This document shows, piece by piece, positions 25,040 through 38,687 of a stretch of 64,000 bases of DNA (the first letter of the stretch is position 1; each line of letters opens with the position of its first letter). Both the position numbers and the translations under genes were made by a program. The notes below the pieces were generated by a model. That model did not search any database and was not told the DNA's origin. It saw nothing but the letters and a program-made list of their open reading frames with translations. Origin of the DNA: Octopus bimaculoides (taxonomy: Eukaryota); contig NC_069001.1 in assembly GCF_001194135.2 (NCBI RefSeq), positions 18,899,401 through 18,963,400 on the forward strand, given 5' to 3'.

Positions 25040-25285
25040 TAATTTCAAGCGTGGCCGTTGCCAGTACTGCCTGACTGGCCTTTGTGCGGCTGACACGTAA
25101 AAGCACCCACTACACTCTCTGAGTGGTTGGCGTTAGGAAGGGCATCCAGCTGTAGAAACTTTGCCAAATTAGATTGGAGCCTGGTGTTGCCATCCGGTTT
25201 CACCAGTCCTCAGTCAAATCGTCCAACCCATGCTAGCATGGAAAGCGGACGTTAAACGATGATGATGATGATGATGATGATGATA
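25040..25285 (+). mobile_element. RTE 3'-end-derived short element, young
   Basis: GTGGTTGGCGTTAGGAAGGGCATCCAGCTGTAGAAAC...GACGTTAAAC(GAT)n. Confidence 0.85.
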
Positions 25286-25554
25286 ATAATACTTTGAATG
25301 TGGCTCCCAAGAAATGGTAAAAGTAATTACCCAATCAACGACGAGTATTACTGCTAGTTTTATTATATGTAGCAATTTGTTCCCCACCCACTTTCCAATC
25401 TTTGTGGCTCTGCCTCCTCTGCTCTAATACACCCTTTCCTTTTTTTAAGATAATAAGGTATGACTTGAGGAAGATTTCGCTGCTAATTCTAACAATGAAC
25501 TAGGTTGAGCTATAAAGGAGAAACATTTTAATAGCAAGAGTAAGTTATAAATAT

Positions 25555-25810
25555 GTGCCAGTATCATGTAAAAAGCACCCATGCTGGCACCACATAATAG
25601 CACCCATGCTAGCATCATGTAATAGCATCTGTGCCAGTGCCACATAAAAAGTACCCAGTACACTCTGTAAAGTGGTTGGCATTAGGAAGGGCATCCAGCT
25701 GTAGAAACCAAGCCAAGTCAGATGAGAACCTGGTGCAGCTCTCCTTACTTGCAAGCCCTGATCAAACTGTCCAACCCATGCCAGCATGGAAAATGGACAT
25801 TGAATGGTGG
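25555..25810 (+). mobile_element. RTE 3'-end-derived short element
   Basis: Same tail family, more diverged. Confidence 0.75.
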
Positions 25811-26364
25811 TGGTGAACTCGTGGATTGCAGTACACCTGCCTGGGTTATGAAAAATAATGAATATTTTTATACATTCATAGACATGGTAACTTATTTTAA
25901 GTTACTGTTTTAGCCTTAAGGCTTAAACTAAATTGTTTTTTTCCATCTTCTCAACCTTGGCCCCATCTTTTTTTTTATTAGAAACCCTACTGTAATATAT
26001 TCTTTTCCATTGGGGTTCTTGAAGATCATCTAAACCAACAACTACTATCTCAGTTAACATGACTTCATATAAATCCAGAATGGAATTTAACAAAGTGCAA
26101 AGCATTGACTAAAATACTTCACCACACTGACCAGTTTTGTTTGTTTACTTAAGCAAAAAATTCATACCACTGATCTCCTCCCCAACTCTTCTTTCAATTT
26201 TGTTTTAATTATGCCAGTAACCCTTGGTAAAGAATGTACTAACCATTCTCTATATAGGATAAATTATATTATTCAAATTATTCATACCTCAGCTGGAGCA
26301 CTGATATTGATCTATGCATAGCTGTCCACATTTGCACTGTTGAGCTACGCATAGCTATGCATAT

Positions 26365-26760
26365 TGAGCTATGCATAACTGTGTGATAAGAAGTTTGCTT
26401 TCCAACTACATGGTTCTGCATTTAGTCCCACTGCAGGGCACCTTGGGCAAGTGTCTTCTACTAAAGCCTTGTGATTGGATTTGGTAGATGAAAACTGAAA
26501 GAAGCCCATCGTATATTTATATATATCAGTGTGTGTGCCTTTGTATTTGTGTTTATCTCCAACCACTGCTTGACAACCACTGTTGGTGTGTTTACCTCCC
26601 TGTAAATTAGCATTTCAGCAAAAGAGACCAATAGAATAAGTACCAGGCTTTACAAAAAAATAAAAAGTACTGGAGTTGAATCATTAGACTAAAATTCTTC
26701 AAGTGGTGCCCCAGCATGACAACAGTTTAATGACTGAAACAAGTAAAAGATAAAAGATAA
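26365..26760 (+). mobile_element. tRNA-derived SINE, family A
   Basis: Full-length body and tail. Confidence 0.85.
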
Positions 26761-27157
26761 CTATCCAGAGGTGAGACAGTTTATGTTGATGAGACTGAAC
26801 TGAGGCTGAAATACATACCTAGTTGTCTCTTATCCCTGAGGCAACAACACATTGTACCTTCTCCCCCAGAACATGTTAATTCAACTAGGAAATTTTTGAT
26901 TGCTTCAAATTATCCCCACCCCCTTTTTCATTCAGTATCATTAACGGTTAATGCTAAGTTCTGGTTTCCCTTCTCTACCCACTATGGAATTTTTTATTGA
27001 ATTAGGAACTTATCATGTATAGCATTCAGTACAGTATTCAAAGGCGCAGTCATGGCTCTGCAGAGATGCAGGCAAGGCTATGTGGAGGCACAGGTGTGGG
27101 TGTGTGGAGGTGCAGGCACGGCTGTGTGGAAGCACAGGTATGGCTGTAGGGAGGTGC

Positions 27158-28390
27158 GGGCATGGCTGTCTGGTAAGAAGCTTGCTTCCCAACCACATGG
27201 TTCCGGGTTCAGTCCCACTACATGACACCTTGGCCAAGTGTCTTCTTCTATAGCCTCGGGCTAACCAAAGCCTTGTGAGTGGATTTTGGTAGACAAAAAC
27301 TGAATGAAGCCTGTCGTATATATATTTATGTATATCTACGTAGTCTGATCAATAAGTATCCGGACTATTGCCATAGTAACAAAGGGACAGATTGACCTTG
27401 AACTTTGCTGTGCGTGCACACTAAGTTTTAACATTCTAGCTCACTTCTGCTGTTTACAGCAGTGCTTAGAAGGAAGGTGTGTAGTGTGTGATTATTGCGT
27501 TGAGCATGACAAAGAAAGTTGAGCAGAGAATCTGCATCAAATTTTACCAAAAGCTTAGCGATACCTGCTCAGAGGCCTATGCAAAGTTTTCAAAAAAGCT
27601 TTCATTGTTCTCAACACAATGAAGGAGATCTTGTACAACTGAAACCCGAATGTCCTTTTGGTCAGCTGAAAGCAGTTTTGGTACAAACTTAGCAGACACA
27701 TATCTCATACTCAAATCTTCAGTGATAATGGACTGAACAGTAACTAATTTGCACATTCTCTGATAACTCATGGATGGTGATTCAACAGTTTCTCCTCACA
27801 GCTGCATGCATATCTGCGATGATTTTCTCAGTTCTGCTGGTTGCGGAACGTTTGTCAATATCAACATTTTTTAAACCATCTTAAAACATCTGAACCACTC
27901 ATACACTTGTGTGCGTCTCATACCCTTTCTGCAACTTTGTGTAGGCCTCTGAGCAGGTATCACCATAACAACTTTCTCTGTCATGATCAATGGGACAATC
28001 ACACGCTACACACCTTCCTTCTAAGCACTGCTGTAAACAGTGGAAGTGAGCTAGAACGTTAAAACTTAGTGCGCATGCACAGCAGAGTTGAAGGTCAATC
28101 TTTGCCCAGCAGCTTGATTCTGCATGCTTTAGCTTTGTTGCTATGGCAACAGTCCGGATACTTATTGATCAGACCTCGTATGTGTATGTGTGTTTGTGTT
28201 TGTCTGCCCATCACCACTTGACAACCACTGTTGGTGTGTTTACATCCCCATAACTTAGCATTTCAGGAAAAGAGACAGAATAAGTACTAGGCTTAAGAAA
28301 TAAGTCCTGGGATCAATTTATTTGACTAAAATCCTTCAAGATGGTGCTCCAGCATGGCTGCAGTCAAATGACTGAAACAAATAAAGAAAA
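27158..28390 (+). mobile_element. Family A SINE split by the mariner insertion (27158-27336 and 28181-28390)
   Basis: The two SINE halves are colinear with intact copies; the break lies in the TA-rich middle. Confidence 0.85.
27339..28178. mobile_element. Mariner-derived fold-back element made of two inverted 5' halves, TA duplication
   Basis: TIR CG[T/A][A/G]GTCTGATCAATAAGTATCCGGACT at both ends. Arms 27339-27588 and about 27930-28178. MTKKVEQRICIKF on + and VSAKFVPKLL on -. Confidence 0.85.
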
Positions 28391-29378
28391 TACACACACA
28401 CAGCATGTACACACACTGACATGTATTTACACAGTTTTTTTTTCCTCAGCTCTACTCTGGATAGACAGCTTATTCTTTAACTCCAGATCAACATTGAGTT
28501 GATTTAGAATGAAAAACATTCTAGCCATGACCATCCTGTCTTTTAATCTTTTCAAACGTCATTTACTGAAGACTACATTTTCTAGCGTAGTGTAAGATAT
28601 TATTTTTGCTTTTAGACAGTAGGGTTTGATTTAAAGGAATTTGAGTGAGATTTCTTGTGATCAAGATCTCTTGTTGGTTTGTAGCTGAACAAGGGTACTG
28701 AATGCTACACACAAAACTGATGGCAAGGTGCCATAGTGAGATGAAACATGTGGGAAATTAATCTGAAATCATCCTCACATGATGAACAGCATGGAAAAAC
28801 GACCAGAGATCCCATATTTTGGAGTTTTGTGTGAAGACTTGCTTAGTTAAACAACAATGGGATGAACTCAGTGTGGTCACTTATCATGCTAGAAATAGCA
28901 ATGAAATATGCCTCAAGTCCTACTCTATCTTCATATTTACAATGGGAGGTCACATTGATTAAAATAAGGTAGTCATATTTTGGATCAACTTTGGTCGTAA
29001 TTTTCCAGTTAATTAGTATTCATTTTTAACTGTACAGTAATAATAAGCCTCTATGCGAGCTATATTAGCCTATGGGTCCTTTTCTTTCAGTGCAATTTTA
29101 GAAAACCTTTGGCTACTGTTTCTAGGAACCACTTTAATGTGTGAGAAGCAACATCACCATTTAGATGGTTGTATCATTGTTTTGTGTGCCATAAAAATGT
29201 TTCCAACTAGTGAGCAATTCATAGGGCCATGACTAAAGGAATAAGCACCTTACTTTGAAATGAGTAGGGGTTGGCAACAAGGAGGATATTTTGCCAGGAA
29301 ATATTGTTTCAGCATGCTTTGTCCAACTCCATGCCAGTGTGAAGGAAGATGAAAAAAGATGATGGTAATGATGATATA

Positions 29379-29428
<50 letters not shown>

Positions 29429-30504
29429 TATTTATATCCCCATATCCATTAGTATTAATGAATAAAAAAAATTGTTTCTCTCATAGAGTGTAATTATTGA
29501 ATTTAGCTGCTGACCTCATGGCTTGTTAGCCTGGAGTTTTGCCAAACTCAGCAACCATGAGCAATGCAGGAACTAGGTGATGTGTGTATCAGAAGTAAGG
29601 TCTGGTCATTAGGTAGTGTGCATAGGGAAATAAAGGGGATGCTCTTACTAAAGAGTATTTTTGTAATTTTTTTATTTGTTAAATAAAATTCAACAATTTC
29701 TTGTTTGTCCAACACAACTATCTTTAAGGCAGAACATGTGATATAGTGTTGTTTATATTCCACTCATGACCATTTCATTTTTGTAAGGGTATCTAGGATT
29801 ATGTCATTAAATGCCTCCCTCCTTGCTGAAGATGAAAGTTTGATGTGAGGTTGAGTGTCCCCACACACCGGGGTCACCAAACAGTGCACCACAGTACACA
29901 TAAGGGTTTGTCATTTAGGCATAAGGCCAGCAATTTTGAGAAGGATTTAATTGACACTATCAAACCCAGGACTTGGCCAATTCTTTATTTATTGATCCCG
30001 AATGGATAAAAGGCAAAGTTGACTTCAGCTGTATTTGAACTCAGAACTAAGGGCTGGGAAGTACAGGTAGAGTATACCTGCCTAGTGGTTTTAGCAAAAG
30101 AATACAGATGTTAAACCAGATTGAAGAGAGACACCTTCCTCTTTGGCTAAACCCTTATCAACTTTTACAAGTTACACTTTGAAGGGAAAGTAACAATGGA
30201 GAGGAAAATATTGCCTCCTGGTAAATTTGTTTAAAAGTGGATGAGAGTGGCAAGCATGGTCCAAGTGAAGAGGTTTGCTTTGAACATTTTCCTATAGATT
30301 GAAGGAGGACAACCGGGGATGGGTATTTGTCTTAGTGGTCAGGGTAACTGTACTTTTGTGGGGTTTCCACAAGTAGCTTTCAGAAATTATTCATATCTCA
30401 AATATATTGTTTTTATGTTATACCTTTTTTTTTTTTTTTTTGCACGATTGTTTATGTAATCCCACATTGCATCATTCCGTACTGTCCCCAATGTTTTTGT
30501 GAAC

Positions 30505-32904
30505 ATTTAGCAGTTAATTAAGAAAGCATTATCATTATTTTGGTTTGACTCTAGTTTGGTCTTATTCCTGGTCAGATTTATGCAGATAGCAGGTTAATAC
30601 CTGTAACCTCGGTATCCACAAGTTTTGAGTAGTCTTTCAAGTGCTTAGAACCCTCCTGATAATCCTTGCTGTCCCTAAGAGATAAACTTTCTGTTGGAAC
30701 TCTACTGGGCATTCTATTTCAATCTCCTTCAGCCCTTTGTCTATATCTTTGCTTACTATTTCCTATGCACCAATTATCATAGGTACAACCTTTACAGTTT
30801 GTATACTCCAAATTCTTCCTATTTCAAATTTTAAGGGATTGTATTTTTTTTGGTTTTGCATCCTCTTTCTTTACGATCCTGGAATCAAACAGGCATGATA
30901 GGTCAATTAGTAAGCAACTTTGCTTTTCCTTATCTATAATTGCTATATCTGGTCTATTATTTTCTAACTTCTTGTTCATTTGAACAGGAAAGTCCCACAA
31001 AATCTTACATTTCTTTGACTCCAGTACTCTTTCGACATTTTTCTAACACATTCTATCTATATATATTTTTTCTCAAGTTGTTTGTTTTTATCATTTGATC
31101 TTGGGCTGCTACAATTAATTAGGCTCTCTGTTTCTTTTTTTAACGAAGCCCAGGATTTTGTTCTACATATATCCTCAGTGGCTTTCCAATATTGGCCATG
31201 CAAAGTTTTCTCTTCAATCTGTCTGATGTGCTGTCTTTGAATTTCATTCTTGTCCTTTTCTCTTTATATGCACTTTATTACCTGTTCTTTATTTACTGTC
31301 TTCAGTAGTTTTTCTGTACTACTCTGTAAATTCTCTAACTAGGCTTTTTTATTTCCCCATCTGTACACATTCTTCTACTGCTATTAAGCCTCTTCCACCC
31401 TGGTCTCTCCTCGGGTACAGCTTTTAGAAGGTGGTCTCCATACATTGTCAACAACTTGCTAGTTTTTCTGTCAAGTTTCTTTATAACATTTTTGGTTCAG
31501 TCTATAATTTCAGCTCCATATCTGATTAAGGGTACTGCTCTTGAATTTATTGCTTCAATAAGATTTTTTTGAATTTAGCTTTGACTACAGTCATTTTCTC
31601 ATTCTCCTTGTGTACTCCCAACTGGTAATTTGTTTAATTTCTTCATGTTTTATTTTGTCTGCTTCCAGTATTCCTAAGTACTTGTACCACTGTCTTTTCT
31701 CAAAGCTCTCATTGTTTGTATATTTGGCATTTCAATTCCTTGACTTTTTTCTAATCTTCCTTGTTTCACTTTTCTGTCCCAAATTCCATACCTATGTAAT
31801 TTGAGAAAATGTGGGTAGCATGTACAAGACTTTCAAGCTGTTTCTCATTTTTTGCATGAAATCATATGCTTTTCCCAAATCATATGCTATTTTAACTTTT
31901 CATAGTATCATAGTGAGCAGTGTCATGGCCAATATGAATAGTAATAGAGATAAGCTTGGAATATTTCACAATTGATGTTCAATTTTCCAATTCTTTGTTT
32001 TCCTCTGATCAATTCAGTATTCCAATGTTTCATACTTTCATTAAGCATCTTCCCCATGTTTTTTGCTATTCCAAACATGCTCATTATTTTACTTATCCAA
32101 CTGTATGGTACCATGCCATATACTTTTTTGTTATCTAGCCATGCTACATTCAGTTCCATCTGGGCCTGGTTCTTTCTAATTTGCTACTTTTTAAAACTTC
32201 TGTCTCACTGTATATAGATTAATAATGATGTCCTTTTGTCTTGGTACAGTTGCAAGTTGTCTTTCCACCTTTGTTAGCCATTCCACACTTTCTTTATGTC
32301 TCACCAGCCTGTTCCACAGCCCTCCTCAAAATTCTTTACTTTCTTCTGCATCTGGAATTAGTTCCTGATGTTGGTCTCCCTCCATTTCCTTAAATAGATA
32401 CCTTCTTTTTAATTGGAACAGTCTATTCTGTTTCAAAACTTTGCATCTAGTATCGTAACTTTCCAATTTGGCCTTTAATGCTGTCACCTTTTGTGTCAAT
32501 TCTTCATGTATTGTTTGTTTTCCTCTTTCTTCTAACCTGTAATGTCCATTCAATTTTCTGATCACTACCTTATTCTTGAGCTCTCCTCTCATTATCCTAT
32601 TCAGTTGCCCCAGTCCTTTCTGTGTCTTTTCCAGCTTCATTTGTATTCTCCAGTTGGTTCTTTCTTTTCATTTCCTTTTATATCTTCAGTTTTTTGCTTT
32701 TAGTCTACTATGTTAGCTATGCCATTAGCAGTAGCTATGATTAGCTGGTTTGTTTCACTGATGTTTTCTATTTTAATCAAGCTTAAAATGTCATTTACTT
32801 TGCCTGTAGCTCTCCTCACTTTTTCTCTGCCCATATATATTACATTTGGTGGTACTTCATTGTTCCCATCAGTCATTTTACCTTGCAACATTTCTAATAA
32901 TTTC

Positions 32905-32905
<1 letters not shown>
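30505..32905 (-). mobile_element. R4/Dong-like non-LTR retrotransposon, 5'-truncated and decayed
   Basis: RT (AWLDNKKVYGMVPYSWI) and restriction-like endonuclease (KILWDF...RPDIAII...LLID) remnants; degenerate TAA tail near 30505. Confidence 0.8.

Positions 32906-32994
<89 letters not shown>
32905..32994. repeat. Perfect (TAA)15(TTA)15 palindrome
   Basis: 45+45 bp with no spacer, centred at 32949/32950. Confidence 0.9.
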
Positions 32995-32996
<2 letters not shown>

Positions 32997-33530
32997 TAGG
33001 TTTGGTTCAGGTTCAGTCTTATTTCTGGTAGAAATTATGTGGATGGTGGGTTACTACCTGTAACCTTAGGTATCCACAGGTTTCCAGCAGTCTTTCAAGT
33101 GCTTAGAACCCTCCTGATAATCCTTGTTGTTCCTAAGAGACAAATTTTCTATAGGAGCTCTACCTGTCTCCTTCAGCCATTTGTCTATATTTTTGCTTAC
33201 TGTTCCCAACACACCAATTATCATAGGCACAACCTTTAACTGTTCACATGCTCCAAATTCTTCCTATTTCAAGCTTTAGGGGATTGTATTTTTTGGGGGG
33301 TTTTTTCCTCTTTCTTTACGATCCTGGAATCAAATGGGCATGATGGGTCAATAAATAAGCAACTTTGCTTTTCTTTATCTACAATTGTTATATCTGATCT
33401 ACTATTTTCTAACTTCTTATCCTTCTCAAATAGGGAAGTCCCACAAAATCTTAAATATTTCTGACTCCAATACTCTTTCGACTCAATGATTGTACCATGT
33501 GTTTCCTGCTTCAAATCTCCATTTCTGTTA
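32995..33530 (-). mobile_element. R4/Dong-like 3' end with (TAA)n tail
   Basis: SRSDITIVDKEKQSCLFIDPSCPFDSRIVKKEE (PD...D endonuclease); highly similar to 30550-31050. Confidence 0.85.
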
Positions 33531-35112
33531 CAGTTTTCAGTGTATAACTTTTACAATCTTAACCCTAACCCTAAACCCAGTACCTACAACCATGGGTATT
33601 GTTCTAATCTTAAGATTCCACATTTTGCCAGTTTCTATTTCAAGATTTTTGTACCTACTCAACTTTTGGCAGGTCTTGACAAATACATTTGTATCCATTA
33701 GAATAGTTATATCAATGAAGAGACATGATTTTCATCTGAAATCCTTCAATATAATATCTAGCCTATTTGCATGTAGAAAGGATTGTCATCATCATCATCA
33801 TCATTATGTAGTGGCAGAATTAATTGAAAGTAATTAACTGATATTAAGTCAGTTGTTATTAGCTCTGCTTGAGTAGGCCTGTAATCAAAGAAATTTTATC
33901 TGCGACCATTCTGTCTTGCCAAGGATCTCCAGTTCTACATTACCTTATATTTTGATAGGATGTGTTATAAGGGTAGCAGTTTGGTTGCTATTTCTAGCAA
34001 GTCACACAGAGGCTTTCTTATTGGAATGTGTTGTATAGAATTATCTTTCTTGCTGATGGGCATGCCCTGCAGAGTGTATAATAAAATGATGAGATTTGAA
34101 CCTGTGACTGTGTACTGCATGCAATATTCGAACCAGTTAATGTCTAAAATTGCAAACCTTTTTAACCTTCACTGCTGATAATGATGTGGTGAAGTAACCA
34201 CATGGAAAAACTCTCTCTCAAATGCAATGGAAACCACTGTACCAGCCTTCCAACCATCCAAATATAATTGCTTGGTTTGATGAGCTCAGCTGGCTGTAAC
34301 TGTATCTATAGCAACAGTTTAGAGGTATGTTTGTATGTCATTTATGTAAATGTGGGTCTATCAATGTTTCTACACTAGTCTTGCTAAGGGAAAAAATAAT
34401 AAACTGTTCTGTGTGTGTGTGTGTGTGTGTGTACAGGTGTGGTAACTTCCCCCTACCACCACCACAGTATACATAGGAACTATTGTAATCAGTGAAGGGG
34501 GTGGGAGAGAGGAAATAAGAGTGAGACAGAGAGGCATTGGTAGAGAGAAAGATGGTGGTTGTGATGGAGGTGGTGTTTATGTTGATGTGAATGTGATGAT
34601 AGTAAAGTTAATGGGATGATGCAAATAATAATGGTGAGGAAGGTTTATAAATAGATTTTCTTTTCAACTTATCTGTAAATATTTTTAATTAATTTTTTTT
34701 GTACATTGAATTAATTAAGCATGACATTGACAGCAGCCTCATGTAATGGAGGTGTTCCACTGCCACCATTTATCATTGTACAATCACCTTCATCACCACC
34801 ATCTCTGATGCCACCTTTAACATCACCAGTACCTCAACCATTCTGATACTATTCCGTCAAAGTATATCTCTTGTGTATTTTGAGAAACCCAATGTTGGTT
34901 CTCCTAGTTGAAACATAAATTGTGAAATGGTCAAATTTTGGCTGGTTTTGGTCATTAATCGGCTGAAGACTTACCTTCACTGTTTATCTTCCTTTTTTTT
35001 TATATTTTCTTCACTCACTCTCTCTTGTTCTCTCTCCCTTTCTTTCAGAGGCCATAAGAAATTTCTAACCAATAATGCTACATATATATATATATCAATT
35101 TTTTCAATTACA

Positions 35113-35190
<78 letters not shown>

Positions 35191-35789
35191 GAGAGAGAGA
35201 GAAGGTACAATAACAAAATAACTGCTTGTACACTTCATCAAAAAGTAATTTATAGTTGCTCCATTTTCTTCTCCCATTTGCTCTGATTCCCCTTACACAC
35301 ACACATTATTATTATTAATCACCTTGTAACTCTCAACTTTAACCACATATGCATGTCTCTACCTCATTCTTTATGTTACTAGAAATAGCAACCAAATATC
35401 CTTCAAATGACACTCTGCTTTTTTAAAGAAAGCAAAGGCAATATATGAGATCCCACCCTACACCAGATCCCATGCTACACACAGATGTGAAATGGTTGTA
35501 GTTCAGATACTTTTGGTGATAAGCCTTGGGTGAAATGACACAGACTTTTATAGAGATGGTCTTCAAACCTAACAGTGAGCCTCTGCAAGATTGATAGACT
35601 TGCTAAATATTGCAACCACGTATCCTTCAATTACAAACTACTGTCTTGAAAGACAGAGGAAGGCCACATTCAATTATGTAATTCTAGATAGGTTTATTAA
35701 ATATATACTTGAATGTTTAATCTGTAGATTGTCCATGGGTCCCCTAGTTGATATTGAACTCAAATTTCTCTTGATATTTATTCTTTTAT

Positions 35790-36222
35790 CTTATATCTTT
35801 TTCAGTCATTAGACTGCAGTCATGCTGGGGCACTGCCTTGAATTTTCAGTCAAATGAGTTGACTCCAGTACTTATTTATTTTCATTTTTTTTAAAGTCTG
35901 GTACTTATATTCTATCAGTCTCATTTGCCAGACCACTCAGTTATGGGGACACAGACACACCAATACTGGTTGTCAAGCAGTGGTGTGGGACAAACATTGA
36001 CACAAAGACACACATGCACAGCAACAACATCAATAACGAGTAATGACTTTGAAACCTGATCCATATTTTCTACTTTGTTTAAATTAACTCATTTACTTCC
36101 TGTTGTTGAAGGCAGTATAGCGACAGGCTTTGGTCAACCTGTCGCTATACTAGAAGACACTTGCCAAAGTGCCACACAGTGGAACTGAACCTGGAACCAT
36201 ATAGTTTGGAAGCGAGCTTCTT
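35790..36222 (-). mobile_element. Family A SINE with its middle replaced by an inverted 90-bp insert
   Basis: SINE 3' part 35790-36020 and 5' part 36128-36222; 36026-36115 is the reverse complement of 36726-36815. Confidence 0.7.
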
Positions 36223-37059
36223 TTGGGAGAGAAAAGGGGCAGAGTCTGTTTCATATGTCTGGATGTGCTACCAATGAATTTAGAAGGAAATAAAATTTAT
36301 TTTATCAACTGTTTCTTTGAATTTCTACCAACCATTGGCATGTAATGATCCACACTCAACATTAGTAACACATTAACCCTGCTCCTATAATCCTTATCCT
36401 ACTCAATCTATATAAGAAACAACACTGAACATTATTAAGACACTAATCCTATCTCTGTTACCCTTATTCAACCCATTTCTAAGACAAGCCATTTATAGGC
36501 TACAAAATACCACCCCTTTTTTACTTTAACTATAAAACACACACAACAACAAACCACAGTTCACTGTTGCAAGTAGTAGGAGCACAGTTTGATTAAATAA
36601 GTGCTTGATATTTGCTTCATTGTGCTGATACTAACTCCCCGCCTCCTCCTCTCTTTTAAACCAAGCTAGGTGGTAGGTAACTGATTCGGAAGTCTACTTA
36701 ACTACCATAAAAACTGAGGATTCTGCTGCCTTCAACAACAGGAAGTAAATGAGTTAATTTAAACAAAGTAGACAATATGGATCAGGTTTCAAAGTCATTA
36801 CCCATTATTGATGTTAGTATTCTTTTTTGTGGTTGTTGTTATTGTAATTAGTATTGTTGTTGTTGTTGTTATTGTTATTTCACTTGTTATGGACGTAGTT
36901 CTTATATACTCTGCTTAGTTTTGTGATTAGTTTTCTACTTATGGTCAAGATTATTGTTAGTATTCTACGTTTTTAAGATGTTTTTTTTGTCTGCTTAATG
37001 TGATCATTTTTTTCTTCTTATTTGATCAAAGTTAGTTTCTTTTGTCCTTTATTTGTTTC

Positions 37060-37380
37060 AATCATTGGATTGTGGCCATGCTAAAGCACTGCCTTGATAG
37101 GTTTAGTTGAACAAGTTGACCACAATATTTTTTTTTAAGTCTGGTACTTATGTCAGTTAATCTCTTTTGCTGAACTGCTAGATTACAGGAATGTAAACAA
37201 AGACACACATTTGTATGACAGACTTCCACACAGTTTCCAGCAAACAAATTCATTCACGATGCATTATTGGTCAGCCTGGGGTTAAAGAAAAAGGCACTTG
37301 TTCAAGATGCTGCACAGTGGGATTGAACTCAAGAGTACATTGTTGCAAAGTGAACTTCTTAACAACTCAGCCATATCTGC
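37060..37380 (-). mobile_element. tRNA-derived SINE, family A, diverged
   Basis: Colinear with the reverse complement of family A copies. Confidence 0.7.
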
Positions 37381-37885
37381 ACTTGTATGTTCACTATTTA
37401 TAGAGTTCTAATTATTGTGGTCAATGTTGTTGCTGTTGTTATTAGTGTTTGTGTATCTTGTAGAATGTTGATTTTGGTGCTTAACCTCCAGATCAGTCCT
37501 CAACCAGTAAATTTTTAGATTTAAAACATTTCAGCCATGACCCTCCTGTCAATCTCACAGCCATGCCTGCTTCATAATGGTCAATATTTTAGTTGCTGAG
37601 GTTTATTTTCTTAAGGTCAAATTTGTTACTGCAGTCAGCTTCTATTTGTGGTCAATATTGGAGCTATGGAAATCAATATAATGAAGAGTACCAATTCCCT
37701 TCAACTGTGATTGTCTCACAAATCAATACTGATTTGGGGTTGGAATGTTTTTAATCTTTTACTTAGAACCAGTTGTTGGAATTTAACAGCTTTACTCATT
37801 TATATTACTACGTTCCCCTGATCATGGTGATATTCATTGGGTTGAAGGGTTAACATCCACTTTTTTAAGTTATGTCCCTTTAGAG

Positions 37886-38374
37886 CAGTGGTTCTCAACT
37901 GAAGCCCCTTATATGGCCCCTGAGGGTCCATATGAGATTTTTGGGGATCCACAATAGTGTTTTAAGGGCTTTAGATGTGCTGGATGCTTTTACATGGCAG
38001 TGTCATGTAAAAGAACCCAGCACACTCAGTAAAATAGTTGGCATTAGGAAGGGCATGCCAAACCAAGTCTGATGCAGCTCCTCAGCTTGCCAGCTCTTGT
38101 CAAACTGTTCAATCCATGTCAGCCGGGACAACAGATGTTAAAGGATGACGATGATGAATGTATTGGTATGTATTGCAAGAAACAGCTTAGTTTCTGTCTC
38201 TAATGTTTTAACATAGTTCAAGCTTACACATGTTAATGTGTGAAAAACAAAATAGGAATTTTGAAAGAAGTTTCTTTAAAACTAGATTTTAAACATTGAA
38301 TGGTTATGGGGGTCCACAGAATAAAATAGTAACGAATGGGGTCCATAGATAAAAAAAATGGTTGAGAACCCCTA
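37886..38374. mobile_element. hAT non-autonomous element with 8-bp target duplication and a nested RTE-tail element
   Basis: TIRs CAGTGGTTCTCAAC / GTTGAGAACCCCTA; CTTTAGAG on both sides (37878-37885, 38375-38382). Nested tail at about 37975-38160. Confidence 0.9.
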
Positions 38375-38687
38375 CTTTAGAGACATAAATGCCACAAGAT
38401 GTCATCTGTATACACATATGCACTCAAACACACTGGTTTTGTCTACCAAAAATTTCCTTTATGTTGATTTAGTTGACCCAAGGCTACAGCAGAAGATACT
38501 CACTCAAGGTATCATGCAGTGGAATTGAACCTACAACTACCACAGACAAAGTAATGTTAACCACACACCCACTCCTGTGGGGATTATTTTATTTTTATGT
38601 TGTTGTTTAGCACCAGCTCAATCCTGATTGAGTAAAGACATGATTAAAGACTTCACAGTTGGGACTAATCTTAGAGGTTGTCTACTC

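Noticed and set aside
30298-30343. Possible exon encoding IEGGQPGMGICLSGQ
   Set aside because: Short pyrimidine tract, no clear branch site, only a moderate donor, and an unrecognised peptide; not supportable without RNA data.
33556-33575. TAACCCTAACCCTAAACCC telomere-like motif
   Set aside because: Only 2-3 units; such motifs are common inside repeats.
34880-34930. Hairpin followed by GAAAC, resembling half a hammerhead
   Set aside because: No CUGANGA core and a G at the cleavage position.
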